From Alphaproteobacteria bacterium (lineage in GTDB: Bacteria > Pseudomonadota > Alphaproteobacteria > UBA828): 64,000 nucleotides of DNA. Position 1 is the stretch's first letter; every line of letters starts with the position of its first letter. A program made the translations under genes and the position numbers. Location of the stretch: NCBI GenBank assembly GCA_965214705.1, contig OZ243972.1, positions 3,584,001-3,648,000 of the forward strand. The letters are read 5' to 3'. The notes beneath the pieces were generated by a model. That model was given only the letters and a program-made list of their open reading frames with translations. It had not been told where the DNA came from and made no database searches. Shown here in pieces: positions 1-10,228 of this stretch.

Positions 1-327
1 GACCTTTCGGCCTGTGCGGCGACCGGGGCGGTCGAGGACCTGGCCTATGTGTCCCCGCGTAGCGGGCGGGCGGTGTCGCGTGAGGCTGCCGAGCCCTACG
101 CGGAGAAGCTGCTCCCGCTGCCGACCTTCCTCGTGCGGCCGGAGGATGACGCCGCAGTCGCCGCCACCGATATTGTCGCCGGGCTCCGGTTAACAGGATG
201 GTTCTTCGAGAAGCACGTGTTCGGCGGACAGGGGGGGCGTATGCCCGCCGCTCGTGAGCGCTTCATCGACCGCATTCAGGCAAGCACGAAGCCGTCGCCC
301 GCCGCGCCGATAGAGCAAGACCCTTAA
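1..327 (+). CDS. recO: DNA repair protein RecO, C-terminal part (5' truncated by window edge)
   Basis: Frame from base 1 reads [44 protein letters not shown]...LTGWF, typical of the alphaproteobacterial RecO C-terminus; lies directly upstream of parC. Confidence 0.88.
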   Translation, partial: DLSACAATGAVEDLAYVSPRSGRAVSREAAEPYAEKLLPLPTFLVRPEDDAAVAATDIVAGLRLTGWFFEKHVFGGQGGRMPAARERFIDRIQASTKPSPAAPIEQDP

Positions 328-358
328 CCCTCACGCCGCCTGTGCTATAGCGGCTGTC

Positions 359-2593
359 ATGGCGCGAATCGCAGGCGAGGCTGAAACGGAGGGCGCGGTC
401 CACCCCGTGCCGCTCGGCGACGCGCTGAGCGAGCGCTATCTCGCCTACGCGCTCTCCACAATCACCGCGCGCTCGCTGCCGGACGTGCGCGACGGGCTCA
501 AGCCGGTGCAGCGCCGCCTGCTCTACGCGATGCGGGCGCTGAAGCTCGACCCCGACGCGGGCTTCAAGAAGTGCGCGCGGGTGGTGGGCGACGTGATCGG
601 CAAGTACCACCCGCACGGCGATGCGGCGGTGTACGACGCCCTGGTGCGGCTCGCGCAGACCTTCGCCGCGCGCTACGCGCTGGTGGAGGGGCAGGGCAAC
701 TTCGGCAACGTCGACGGCGATAATGCCGCGGCGATGCGCTACACCGAGGCGCGGCTCACGGAAGTGGCGCAAGCCCTGCTCGACGGCCTGGACGAGGACG
801 CGGTCGACTTCCGCGAGACCTACGACGGCGGCGACAGCGAGCCGGTGGTGCTGCCGGCGGCCTTTCCTAACCTGCTCGCGAACGGGGCGACGGGGATCGC
901 CGTGGGCCTCGCCACCAGCATCCCGCCGCACAACGCGGGCGAGCTCTGCGACGCGCTCACTGTGCTCCTGAAGGACCCCAAGCTCTCGGACGGCGCCCTG
1001 GTAGCGCTGGTGCCGGGCCCGGATTTTCCCACGGGCGGCGTGCTGGTCGAGGACCGCGACCAGATCGCAGACGCCTACGCGACGGGGCGCGGCGGCTTCC
1101 GGGTCCGCGCACGCTGGGAGAAGGAAAGCATCGGCCGCGGCCAGTACCAGATCGTGGTCACCGAGATTCCCTATCAGGTGCAGAAGGCGCGCCTGATCGA
1201 GCGCATCGCCGAGCTTCTGCAGGCCCGCAAGCTCGCCCTGCTGGCGGACGTGCGGGACGAATCGGCCGAGGACGTGCGCATCGTGCTGGAGCCCAGGAGC
1301 CGCACGGTCGAAGCCGAGCTGCTGATGGAGATGCTGTTCCGCCAGACCGAGCTGGAGACCCGCATCGGGCTCAACATGAACGTGCTGGATGCGGCGGGCG
1401 TGCCCCGCGTGATGACGTTGAAGCAGGTGCTGCAGGCCTTTCTCGATCACCGGCGCGAAGTCCTGCTGCGGCGCACCGCCCATCGGCTGGCGGCGATCGC
1501 CCATCGGCTCGACGTGCTCGGCGGCTATCTCGTCGCCTACCTCAACCTCGACGAAGTGATCCGCATCGTGCGCGAGGAGGACGAGCCGAAGTCCGCGCTC
1601 GTGGCCGCGTTCGGGATCAACGACGTGCAGGCGGACGCGATCCTCAACATGCGTCTGCGCGCCCTGCGCCGGCTCGAGGAGGCTGCGATCAGGCGCGAGC
1701 ACGAGGCGCTGGAAGCGGAGCGCGGCCAGTTGGAGAAGCTCGCGAACAGCACGCGCCGGCAGAAGACCGCGCTCGCGGCCGAGATTGCGGAGATCAAGAC
1801 GCGCTTCGGGCAAGAGACCGCGCTCGGCGCGCGGCGAACCGCCATCGGGGAGGCGCCGCTGCCGCAGGAAGTCCCCGTGGAGGCGCTGGTGGAGCGCGAG
1901 CCGATCACGGTGATCTGCTCGGCGAAGGGGTGGATTCGCGCGGTCAAGGGCCATGCCGAGGCAGACGCGGCGGTGCGCTACAAGGACGGCGACCGTGAGC
2001 GCTTCCGCTTCCACGCCGAGACCACGGACAAGCTGCTGCTCTTTGCCACCAACGGGCGCTTCTACACGCTGGCGGCGGATCGGCTGCCCGGCGGACGGGG
2101 CTTCGGCGAGCCGGTGCGCCTCATGGTCGATCTCGGCAACGATCACGAGGCGGTTGCGCTCTTCGCCCACCGCCCCGGCCGGCGGCTATTGGTGGCGGCG
2201 AGCGACGGACGCGGCTTCTTCGTGCCCGAGGATGACGTGGTGGCGCAGACCCGCACCGGACGGCAGGTGCTCAACCCGTCACAAGGAGCGGAGGCAGCGG
2301 TCTGTGTCGAGGCCGCCGGCGACTGGGTCGCGGTGATCGGCACCAACCGGCGGCTGGTGATCTTCCCGGCCGCCGAGGTGCCGACCATGGCGCGCGGCCG
2401 CGGCGTGATCCTGCAGCGCTACCGCGATGCCGCGCTCTCGGACGCGCAGGTGTTCGACGCCGCGGAGGGGCTGCGCTGGCGTTCAGGCGCAGGCGTCCGC
2501 ACCGAGACGGCGCTCGACCAGTGGCGCGGCAAGCGCGGTCAGGCCGGCCGCGCTGCACCGCGCGGCTTCCCCGCGGCCAACCGGTTTCTCTAG
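359..2593 (+). CDS. parC: DNA topoisomerase IV subunit A
   Basis: [35 protein letters not shown] and [10 protein letters not shown] (catalytic Tyr); 744 aa; no GyrA box. Confidence 0.95.
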   Translation: MARIAGEAETEGAVHPVPLGDALSERYLAYALSTITARSLPDVRDGLKPVQRRLLYAMRALKLDPDAGFKKCARVVGDVIGKYHPHGDAAVYDALVRLAQTFAARYALVEGQGNFGNVDGDNAAAMRYTEARLTEVAQALLDGLDEDAVDFRETYDGGDSEPVVLPAAFPNLLANGATGIAVGLATSIPPHNAGELCDALTVLLKDPKLSDGALVALVPGPDFPTGGVLVEDRDQIADAYATGRGGFRVRARWEKESIGRGQYQIVVTEIPYQVQKARLIERIAELLQARKLALLADVRDESAEDVRIVLEPRSRTVEAELLMEMLFRQTELETRIGLNMNVLDAAGVPRVMTLKQVLQAFLDHRREVLLRRTAHRLAAIAHRLDVLGGYLVAYLNLDEVIRIVREEDEPKSALVAAFGINDVQADAILNMRLRALRRLEEAAIRREHEALEAERGQLEKLANSTRRQKTALAAEIAEIKTRFGQETALGARRTAIGEAPLPQEVPVEALVEREPITVICSAKGWIRAVKGHAEADAAVRYKDGDRERFRFHAETTDKLLLFATNGRFYTLAADRLPGGRGFGEPVRLMVDLGNDHEAVALFAHRPGRRLLVAASDGRGFFVPEDDVVAQTRTGRQVLNPSQGAEAAVCVEAAGDWVAVIGTNRRLVIFPAAEVPTMARGRGVILQRYRDAALSDAQVFDAAEGLRWRSGAGVRTETALDQWRGKRGQAGRAAPRGFPAANRFL

Positions 2594-3051
2594 GCGACAT
2601 TGGTGAAGATCGAAAAGACCCAACCCGGAAATCCGCATCAACTGACAATTAAACAGCATTGTTTTTCTAAAAAATCAATTGAGAGATTTTGCAACGAGAA
2701 TGGTGTGGTCGAAGTTTACCTGATCGACAAAAACAAAACCGTTCCCATGAAGCCTGACAACGAGATTTTCTGTGCACGTAGGGTATGGGATCAGCGTGCG
2801 GAAGCGCTATTCATGCAGGGTACAGAAAATGCATATCAGGATGTTGTAAGCCAATTAGAAGTAGAGGGTTGGTCTCGTCGGCTCGGCATTGAGGAAAACC
2901 AGATCGTTACAGATATGTATTCGCTTTGGCATGTTCGCTGTTGCTGGAAAAATAAGTATCTAAACGATCAAGAATTGCCGGGAGTGTTGCCCGCACGACC
3001 GGGGTATTCTCAAGACGATAGAGAAGCGTTGGAAAAGAGCAACATGGTGAC

Positions 3052-4730
3052 GGGTGTAGGTCTGGCATGGCGATCGTAAGTCATTGATTTAGCGCGATTG
3101 GCGGGTGGCCGTAGGCAGCCAGAATCGGGTTTTCGTGACAATCGGCCGGTGCAGGGCCGGATTTTGTCACAACGGCGGCATCCAGCAGTGGTGGGTGGGA
3201 ACGCTCCGCACCGCGAGATGCGGTAGGATGCCGCGCCGACAACCCAACATCAGACCCAACATCAGGAGCGTTCCCATGCCAGTGTCGCAGTCTCTCATCG
3301 CCTCGTCCATCGACCTTTTGGGCCTGCCTGCCGAAGTCGCCGAAGCGGTCGCCCAGGTGGTGGAGTTCTGTCGCGAACAGGCTGGGTCTGACCCGTCTGC
3401 CGAGACGTTCGAAACGGTTGAGACGGGGCTGCGGGACGCCATGAACGGCTTGGGTTGCAAGCTCCTTGGGGCCTTCGCCGAGAGCCGCGACGACGGTGCG
3501 AGCCGGATCGAGCGCGACGGACAGAGCTGGGTCCGGGTGGCGGCGACGCCGAAGACGATCATGACGACGCTCGGTCCCGTGACCTATCGGCGTGCGCGCT
3601 ATCGCAGCGGCGCGAGCAGCACGTCGCTGGTGCCGGTGGACGAGAGCCTGGGCCTCATCGACGACTACCTGACGCGGCCGGCGGCGCAGCTCGGGCTGAT
3701 GATGATGGGCCACTGTACGCCGCGTGAAGCGGAGGAGTTCTTCGCGAAAATGGGCGGAATGACGCCGTCGGTGAGCACGCTGCAGCGCCTGGCCCTGAGC
3801 ATGCATGAGCACTGGGAGAGCGTCGCCCCGGAGACGCTGGCCAGCATCCGTGAAACCCAGGGCATACCGCCCGATGCGGTCACCGCGTCCGTCTCCCTTG
3901 ACGGCGTCATGGTGGCGCTGCGGGCCGGCGAGGACGGCCGTGCCGAGGCGTGCTGGCGCGAGGCCTCTTGCGGCACGGTCTCCTTCCACGACGCCGAGGG
4001 CCAACGGCTGAAGACCCTCTATCTCGGCCGTATGCCCGAGAGCGGCAAGGCCGCGCTGAAAGCGCAACTTGCAAGCGAGGTCGCCCATATCCGCCGTGTG
4101 AGCCCGAAGATCAGGATCGGCGCCGTCGCCGACGGGGCCGCCGACAACTGGACCTTCCTCGAAAGCCTCTCGCCCGAGACCGAGGTCATCGACTTCTGGC
4201 ACGCTTGCGAGCATCTCCGCGTGGCCTCTGACCATGCGGTGGCGCGCCACTGGTTCGAGAAGCACCGCGAAATCCTGCGCCACGACCCCCGCGGCGTCGA
4301 CAAGGTGATCCGGGCACTGCGCTACCTCCTGGACAGGGCAAAGGGGGACCCGGCCGAGATCGAGCGCGAACTGGCCTTCTTCCGAAAGCACCGCCATCGG
4401 ATGCGCTACCACGCCCTGAAGGAAGAGGGCATCGCCATCGGCTCGGGTGTGGTCGAGGCGGCCTGCAAGACCCTCGTCGCGCAGCGCTTGAAACGCTCGG
4501 GCATGCGCTGGCGGATCGACGGCGGGCAGGCGGTTCTGACCTTCCGCGCCCTGATCAAATCCGGCCTCTTCGACCGGGCATGGGATGCGCTCATGGACGC
4601 CCGATCCGGACCAGCTAACGACAACATCAGCCCAACCGAAGTCCTGGCACTCGCTGCTTGACCAAAATGAACCAGCCCATATCCTTTAGCGCCATCACGA
4701 CTGGCATATCGCCATACGAGAATCACACCC
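3052..4730 (+). mobile_element. Insertion sequence, ISKra4-like
   Basis: Imperfect TIRs GGGTGTAGGTCTGGCATGGCGAT / GGGTGTGATTCTCGTATGGCGAT; 9-bp target duplication CATGGTGAC at 3043-3051 and 4731-4739. Confidence 0.9.
3276..4661 (+). CDS. DDE transposase, ISKra4/ISLre2-like
   Basis: SLDGVMV, VADGAADNW, IDFWHACEHL and IGSGVVEAACKTLVAQRLKRSGMRW motifs; AGGAG RBS before the ATG at 3276. Confidence 0.88.
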   Translation: MPVSQSLIASSIDLLGLPAEVAEAVAQVVEFCREQAGSDPSAETFETVETGLRDAMNGLGCKLLGAFAESRDDGASRIERDGQSWVRVAATPKTIMTTLGPVTYRRARYRSGASSTSLVPVDESLGLIDDYLTRPAAQLGLMMMGHCTPREAEEFFAKMGGMTPSVSTLQRLALSMHEHWESVAPETLASIRETQGIPPDAVTASVSLDGVMVALRAGEDGRAEACWREASCGTVSFHDAEGQRLKTLYLGRMPESGKAALKAQLASEVAHIRRVSPKIRIGAVADGAADNWTFLESLSPETEVIDFWHACEHLRVASDHAVARHWFEKHREILRHDPRGVDKVIRALRYLLDRAKGDPAEIERELAFFRKHRHRMRYHALKEEGIAIGSGVVEAACKTLVAQRLKRSGMRWRIDGGQAVLTFRALIKSGLFDRAWDALMDARSGPANDNISPTEVLALAA

Positions 4731-5183
4731 CATGGTGACCTCCATCGACCGTGGTGCAAGTGCCGTTCTGCCCGGTCGTCATATCGCCGGAATCTTGGTT
4801 CAAAACGATTATGGTCGTGTCAGAAACGCCTTGCGAGGCTATTCGTGGGGAATAGTGAAGAGTGTGTGTGGAGAATTTATTGTCCCCGACAAAAGCAGCG
4901 CTGGACTTTGCCTGCCTGTTACACCGACGATATATTTTTCCGCTGGACAGGATAATCGTCGAGTCGTCATGAAGTCGGAATTACGCCACATGAATACAGC
5001 CCTTAGATTAGGCAGTGAACAGTACTACTTTGGCAGAAAGTTATGAGGTTTGTTTAATTCGGATATGACACCTTTCTGCAATGTAGAAGAAGTTGCAGTT
5101 GAGTTCTCAAAGAATAGTTGGGATCGACGCCTGCGAAACTCTTCATTCAGTACTGGACAGCCGTGTTCTCTGGTTAGGGCGGG

Positions 5184-5414
5184 TCAGAACGCGGCGTTGG
5201 CGCCCAGAAGGAAGACGCCGGCACCGGCCGTCCCCATCGTCAGGAACAGTGCTGCCGCGAGGCCGGCGATCAACGCGAGGAACAGGAGCCCGAGACTGTA
5301 GGGGATTCTGCGCCGGCCTTTTTGCAAGCTGTCCGGTTGGGACGCCGCGGGGGCATCGTTTCCGATATCGCTCCTGCGCTCTCGGCGCGGGAGCCCTGCA
5401 CGGCTGCGTTCCAT
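5184..5414 (-). CDS. Possible small membrane protein (76 aa)
   Basis: Basic N-terminus followed by a hydrophobic stretch (LGLLFLALIAGLAAALFL); AT-rich upstream region; no family recognised. Confidence 0.35.
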   Translation of the reverse strand: MERSRAGLPRRERRSDIGNDAPAASQPDSLQKGRRRIPYSLGLLFLALIAGLAAALFLTMGTAGAGVFLLGANAAF

Positions 5415-5765
5415 AAGGGTTGGCTCTCGATGCGGACGGCGGCTTGCGCTGCCGTGCCTGCTTTACGTGCTCCGTTGCGATCCCCCGTGGCGGCAACTCA
5501 GGGCACCCGGCTATCCGCCGCCAGTTCGCATGCGTGTCGTTGGCCAATTACCTTCAAATCGTCATGCAAGCGTCACATGCACCGCAAAGACAGTCAATCA
5601 ATATCCATATGCCGCTATATCGTATACCGCACATAACATTCGCTATGTGCGTAAGTCATGGAGCAGTCGCCCGTTCGGCGCTCTACGCACCGATGCGCCG
5701 CGAATTCCTGGAGATAGATGCGATGCCTTGCCGGGGAAGGCTCGACGACTGACTCTCTTGGCCCC

Positions 5766-6449
5766 TCAAGCTTTCAAGAGACCCAGCGCGCGGGCGAGGG
5801 GAGGGGCCTCGCGCCAGGGGGCGGGGGAGGCGGAGAGACGCGGCACGTGCGCGATGGGTAGCGGCCCGGCATGTCGGGCGATGGTTTCCGCCGTCTCCGC
5901 CGGGGGCACCGGGCTTTCCGGCGATTCGCTGATGACCAGTCCGGCGACCTCAATGCCACGCCCGCGTATGGCCGCGAGTGTGGTCAGCGTGTGGCTGATG
6001 GTGCCAAGGTAGCTGCCCGTCACCACCAGCGCCGGCGCGCCGAGCTCTGCGATCCAGTCGAGCACGGTGTGGTCGTCGTTCAACGGCACCATGGCGCCGC
6101 CGATGCCCTCGACCAGCAACGGATCGCCTTGGGCGGCCCGGCAATAGGCGACGATGTCGCCCAGATCGAGGCGGCGTCCCTCGCGGGCTGCGGCCATGTC
6201 CGGCGAGAGCGGGGCGGCGAAGCGCCAGGGCGTGATCTCGGCGACCGCCTCCTCGGTCACGGCCTCGCCCAGGCTCGCGAGGAGGATGCCGGGGTCGCTC
6301 ACCGCGAGCGCCGCCGGATCGTAGCCGCTCAGCACCGGCTTGAGCGCACGCATGGGCCGGCCCGCGGCACGAAGCTCATGGCAGAGCGCGGCCGTAACCA
6401 GGGTCTTGCCGATCTCGGTGCCCGTGGCGGTGACGAAGAGCGTGCTCAT
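5766..6449 (-). CDS. bioD: Dethiobiotin synthase
   Basis: MSTLFVTATGTEIGKT, LKPVLSG, PLSPDMAA, VEGIGG and LGTISHT motifs; ATGA overlap with bioF. Confidence 0.95.
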   Translation of the reverse strand: MSTLFVTATGTEIGKTLVTAALCHELRAAGRPMRALKPVLSGYDPAALAVSDPGILLASLGEAVTEEAVAEITPWRFAAPLSPDMAAAREGRRLDLGDIVAYCRAAQGDPLLVEGIGGAMVPLNDDHTVLDWIAELGAPALVVTGSYLGTISHTLTTLAAIRGRGIEVAGLVISESPESPVPPAETAETIARHAGPLPIAHVPRLSASPAPWREAPPLARALGLLKA

Positions 6450-7615
6450 CGTTCGTCTCCGTCGAGGATGCGCGCGCGCACGATCTCCGCCAGCCGCTCG
6501 ATGTCGGCGTCGTCGTGGCCCGCGCTGAAGGTGAGGCGGAGCCGCGCCGTGCCCTCCGGCACCGTCGGCGGCCGGATCGCCGTGACGAGATAGCCCTCGT
6601 CCTCCAGCAGCCGCGAGGCCCCGAGCGCGCGCTCCGGCGCTCCGAGCAAGATGGGGACGATGCAGCTTTCCGGCGCCGGCAGCTTGAGATGCGCACAGAA
6701 GAGCGACGCCTTGCGCAGAGGCGCCGCGACCAGGGCGGGATCGTTTGCAATCAGGTCGAGGGCCGCGAAGCTGGCTGCGACCACGCCGGGCGGCAGCCCG
6801 GTGGAGTAGATGAAGGGCCGGGCGCGGGTACGGATCAGGTCGATCACCGACTGCGAGGCGCAGAGATAGCCGCCGTAGCTGCCTACCGCCTTGGAGAGCG
6901 TGCCCATCTGCAGCGGCACTTCGGTCTTCGCGCCGCCCACGAAGCTCGAGCCCCGCCCACCGCCGACCACGCCAATCCCGTGGGCGTCGTCGGTCATCAG
7001 CCAAGTGTCGTGGGCCGCCGCGATCTCGGCAAGCGCCGCGACCGGCGCGAGGTCGCCGTCCATGCTGAACACGCCGTCGGTGAGCAGCAACGCGCGCTCG
7101 TGGCCGACACGGTGTTCGGCCAACAGGGCCTCCACGTGATCGAGGTCGTTGTGCCGGAAGATCTCGACGCGCGACTGCGAGAGCGCCGCGCCTGCGCGCA
7201 GACACGCGTGGCTCAGCTCGTCCGCCACGATCAGGTCGCCGGCACCGACGAGGCTAGGAATGATGCCGAGATTGGCGAGGTAGCCCGAGCCGAAGACGCA
7301 GGCGTCGTCGGTGCCCTTGAGTCGCGCCAGCCGGCCTTCCAGCGCCGCGAAGAGGGGATGGTTGCCGGTGACGAGCCGCGACGCGCCGGCACCGGCGCCC
7401 CAGCGCTCCGTGGCCTCGATGGCGGCCCGCTTGACCGCCGGGTGCTGCGACAGATTGAGGTAGTCGTTGCTGCAGAAAGAGATCAGCCGGCGGCCGTTAC
7501 GCTTCACCTCGACCGGCCCGCACGGCGCGGTCTCGTGGACGGTGCGGCGCAACTGCCGCTCCGCGAGCGCGGCGAGCTTGTCCTCGGCGAAGCGTTCGAG
7601 CGTATCCATGCGCAT
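6446..7615 (-). CDS. bioF: 8-amino-7-oxononanoate synthase
   Basis: FCSNDYLNL, GASRLVTG, SGYLAN, DGVFSMDGD, DDAHG, GTLSKA and IRPPTVP motifs. Confidence 0.95.
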   Translation of the reverse strand: MRMDTLERFAEDKLAALAERQLRRTVHETAPCGPVEVKRNGRRLISFCSNDYLNLSQHPAVKRAAIEATERWGAGAGASRLVTGNHPLFAALEGRLARLKGTDDACVFGSGYLANLGIIPSLVGAGDLIVADELSHACLRAGAALSQSRVEIFRHNDLDHVEALLAEHRVGHERALLLTDGVFSMDGDLAPVAALAEIAAAHDTWLMTDDAHGIGVVGGGRGSSFVGGAKTEVPLQMGTLSKAVGSYGGYLCASQSVIDLIRTRARPFIYSTGLPPGVVAASFAALDLIANDPALVAAPLRKASLFCAHLKLPAPESCIVPILLGAPERALGASRLLEDEGYLVTAIRPPTVPEGTARLRLTFSAGHDDADIERLAEIVRARILDGDER

Positions 7616-7651
7616 TCCCGCGCCGAGGTGGCGGTGCCGCGCCTGTGGCGG

Positions 7652-9061
7652 CTAGAGCTCGCCCTCGCGGCGCAACATGCGGATGGTCTCGCGGAAGGCG
7701 TCGATGGTGATCGGGAGATCGTCCGCCGTGTTGGCGGCCGAGGTCATGCCGCCGGGCCAGCCCTGAATGTCCACGCCGTTCACCAGCAGGCCGAGACGGA
7801 TCTTGTTGACCAGCTCCGACGGGCGGTCCTTGAGCTCGGCGTAGTCGATCTCGAGAGGATCGAAAGTGGACGGCGTGATTGCGCGTCCGCGCGGGTTCAT
7901 GAAGAGGTGGAAGGAGGAGAAGGTGCCGTAGACCGACCAGGGCACGCCTTCATCCTCCAGCACCCCGTTGAGCCCGGCCCGAAGCTCGGCGCCGAAGGCC
8001 GTTGCCCGCTCGCAGGCATCGGAATCCCGCACGATGGTAAGCGCCGCCGTGCCGGCGGCGGCGGAGACGGGGTTCGCGTTGAAGGTGCCGGGGTGGAAGA
8101 TCTTCTCGCGGCCGGTCTCCTTGGTCGCGTAGAAGTCCAGGTCGTCGAGTATCTCCTTGCGCCCGGCCACGGCCCCGCCCGGCAGACCGCCGGCGATGAT
8201 CTTGGCGTGGGTGCTCATGTCGGGTGTCACGCCGAAATGCCCCTGCGCGCCGCCGGGGGCGACGCGGAAGCCGGTAATCACCTCGTCGAAGATCAGCACC
8301 ACGCCGTGCTTCGCCGTGAGCTCCCGCAGAAACTCCAGGAACTCGAAGGCGTGGGGCACGAGGCCGAAGGAGCCGCCGGTCGGCTCCAGAATTGCCGCGG
8401 CGATATCGTCGTCGGCCTCGAACGCGGTGCGCGCGGCTTCCTCGTCGCCGGGAGGCAGCAGAATCACCTGGGACGCGAGGTCGGGCAGCACGCCGGTCGT
8501 TGGCGAACCGTCGAAGTGCGAGATGTAGCCGGAGGTCATGTGGTCGTGCCAGCCGTGGAAGTGGCCCTTGAAGCGCACGATCTTGTGCTTGCCGGTGTGT
8601 GCGCGGGCCAGGCGGAGCGCCATGTGCGTTGCCTCGGTGCCGGAGGAGGTGAAGCGCACTCTCTCCGCGCAGGGCACCATTTCGCGCACGATCTGTGCCC
8701 AGCGTACCTCGCGCTCGTGGTTGGCGCCGGGATGTGTGCCGTCCGGCAGCGCCTCCTGGATCGCGGCGAGCACCTCCGGCCGGCCGTGGCCGAGCAGCAA
8801 GGCGCCGTGGCCGCCGGCGTAATCGACGTACTCGTTGCCGTCCCGGTCCCACTTGCGCGAGCCCTCGGCCCGCACGACGTAGATGCCGTAGGGCTGCATG
8901 TGGCGCGCATCGTGGACGATACCGGAGGGCAGGATGTCCCTGGCCTCGGCCGCGAGCGCTGCCGAGCCGGGCGTCTTCGTCAGGTAGGCCTGAACGATGC
9001 CGGAGTTGGAGGCGAGCAGGTCGGCGCTCGCCGCTGCCGCCTGTGATGTTGCCGTGTTCAT
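7652..9061 (-). CDS. Class III PLP aminotransferase, glutamate-1-semialdehyde aminomutase-like
   Basis: FTSSGTEAT, FKGHFHGWHD, FDEVITGFR, AKIIAGGLP and HPGTFNANP; start placed at MNTATSQ (9061). Confidence 0.88.
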   Translation of the reverse strand: MNTATSQAAAASADLLASNSGIVQAYLTKTPGSAALAAEARDILPSGIVHDARHMQPYGIYVVRAEGSRKWDRDGNEYVDYAGGHGALLLGHGRPEVLAAIQEALPDGTHPGANHEREVRWAQIVREMVPCAERVRFTSSGTEATHMALRLARAHTGKHKIVRFKGHFHGWHDHMTSGYISHFDGSPTTGVLPDLASQVILLPPGDEEAARTAFEADDDIAAAILEPTGGSFGLVPHAFEFLEFLRELTAKHGVVLIFDEVITGFRVAPGGAQGHFGVTPDMSTHAKIIAGGLPGGAVAGRKEILDDLDFYATKETGREKIFHPGTFNANPVSAAAGTAALTIVRDSDACERATAFGAELRAGLNGVLEDEGVPWSVYGTFSSFHLFMNPRGRAITPSTFDPLEIDYAELKDRPSELVNKIRLGLLVNGVDIQGWPGGMTSAANTADDLPITIDAFRETIRMLRREGEL

Positions 9062-9069
9062 GTCCTGTC

Positions 9070-9792
9070 CTATTCGATGTAGGGATCGACCGCGTCGCGC
9101 ACGGCCTTGGCGACCGCGACGGCGCCCGGCGTATCCGAATGGACGCAGATCGTCTCCGCCTTGGTCGGAACGTCCTTGCCGTTGACGGAGCGGATCACGC
9201 CGTCCTTCACCACGCGCATGATCTGCGCCACGGCCTGTTCCGGCGCCACGGACTTGTGCTCGCGGGTGATGATGCAGCGGCCCTCGTCGTCGTAGTCGAG
9301 GTCGGCGAAGATCTCCCACACGACATCGGCGTACTTGGGCCAGATGGTCTCGTGCATGGTGCCGGTGGTGCCGTACATGGGCACGCCGAAGACCTGCGCC
9401 GCCTCGGCGCAGGCGGTGGCCACGTCTTCGTCGATCCAGGCGGCGCCGTAGAGCGCGCCGTGGGGCTTCAGGTGGTTGAGGGTCATCCCCTCCATCTCGA
9501 GGAAGCCCTTGAGCGCGCCGCACTGATAGATGATGGCGTCGCGCAGCTCCTTGCGGTCCATCTTCATGTAGCGTCGCCCGAAGCCGTCCCGATCCGGAAA
9601 CGACGGGTGAGCCCCCACCTTCACGCCATGCTTCTTGGCGAGCACGACGGTCTCGTGCATCACGCCGGGGTCCGAGGCATGGAAACCGCAGGCGACGTTG
9701 GCCGAGGTGATGTAGGGCATGATCGCCTCGTCGTCGCCGCAGGTGTAGATGCTGTAGGCCTCGCCCATGTCGCAGTTGATGTCGATCCCCAT
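9070..9792 (-). CDS. pxpA: 5-oxoprolinase subunit A / LamB-YcsF family
   Basis: IDINCDMGE, ANVACGFHASDP, GAHPSFPD, KPHGALY and TICVHSDTPGA; GGGGAG RBS. Confidence 0.9.
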   Translation of the reverse strand: MGIDINCDMGEAYSIYTCGDDEAIMPYITSANVACGFHASDPGVMHETVVLAKKHGVKVGAHPSFPDRDGFGRRYMKMDRKELRDAIIYQCGALKGFLEMEGMTLNHLKPHGALYGAAWIDEDVATACAEAAQVFGVPMYGTTGTMHETIWPKYADVVWEIFADLDYDDEGRCIITREHKSVAPEQAVAQIMRVVKDGVIRSVNGKDVPTKAETICVHSDTPGAVAVAKAVRDAVDPYIE

Positions 9793-10228
9793 GGTCTCCC
9801 CCTGCCGTTCCGTCGCCTCTCCGCCCTCAGTCACGGGTAAGTAACGAGAACTGTCCGTCAAACGTAGCAGGATTGTTTCCCAATCTCGATTCCGTAGCCC
9901 GCGACCTTGCCGAGTCCTGTGGCGGCCCCGTGGCTTTTCGCTCTGTGGCCGTGTGGTTATATGGCGAACGAGTCGGACCCCGAGTCGCAATGAATGCGCC
10001 TGCCGATGCCGTGACCAGAATTGGTCGTCGAGTGACGCGTGAACTCGACCGGTTGAAGAAGTATCGACTGGCGGCCGGACTCCTTTCCTTCGCCGGCCTC
10101 GTGCTCGGCACGCTGCGCGATCTGGCGCCAATCATCGCCGTGGTCGCAGTGTTCCAGGTCGCGATCCTGCGCCAACCCTTCCCCGATCTTGGCGGCATCG
10201 TCGGGGGCCTCGTGCTCGTGATGCTTGG

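Larger units (their letters stand above)
2600..5046 (+). pseudogene. Low-GC hypothetical gene (DUF4238-like), split by an IS; pieces 2600-3051 and 4740-5046
   Basis: Removing the IS and one CATGGTGAC copy joins ...LEKSNMVT|SIDRGASAV... in frame (~252 aa). N-terminal QHCFSKKSIERF resembles the DUF4238 start motif. Visibly AT-richer than the flanks. Confidence 0.7.

Noticed and set aside
263-2170. Long antisense or alternate-frame ORFs (263-2170, 6515-9046, 15418-17532, 25657-27276, 33849-35648, 50166-51830 and others)
   Set aside because: Shadow ORFs of well-supported genes in high-GC DNA; no recognisable motifs.
3242-3265. 12-bp tandem repeat ACCCAACATCAG x2
   Set aside because: Only two units, inside the IS leader; no evidence of an array or a function.
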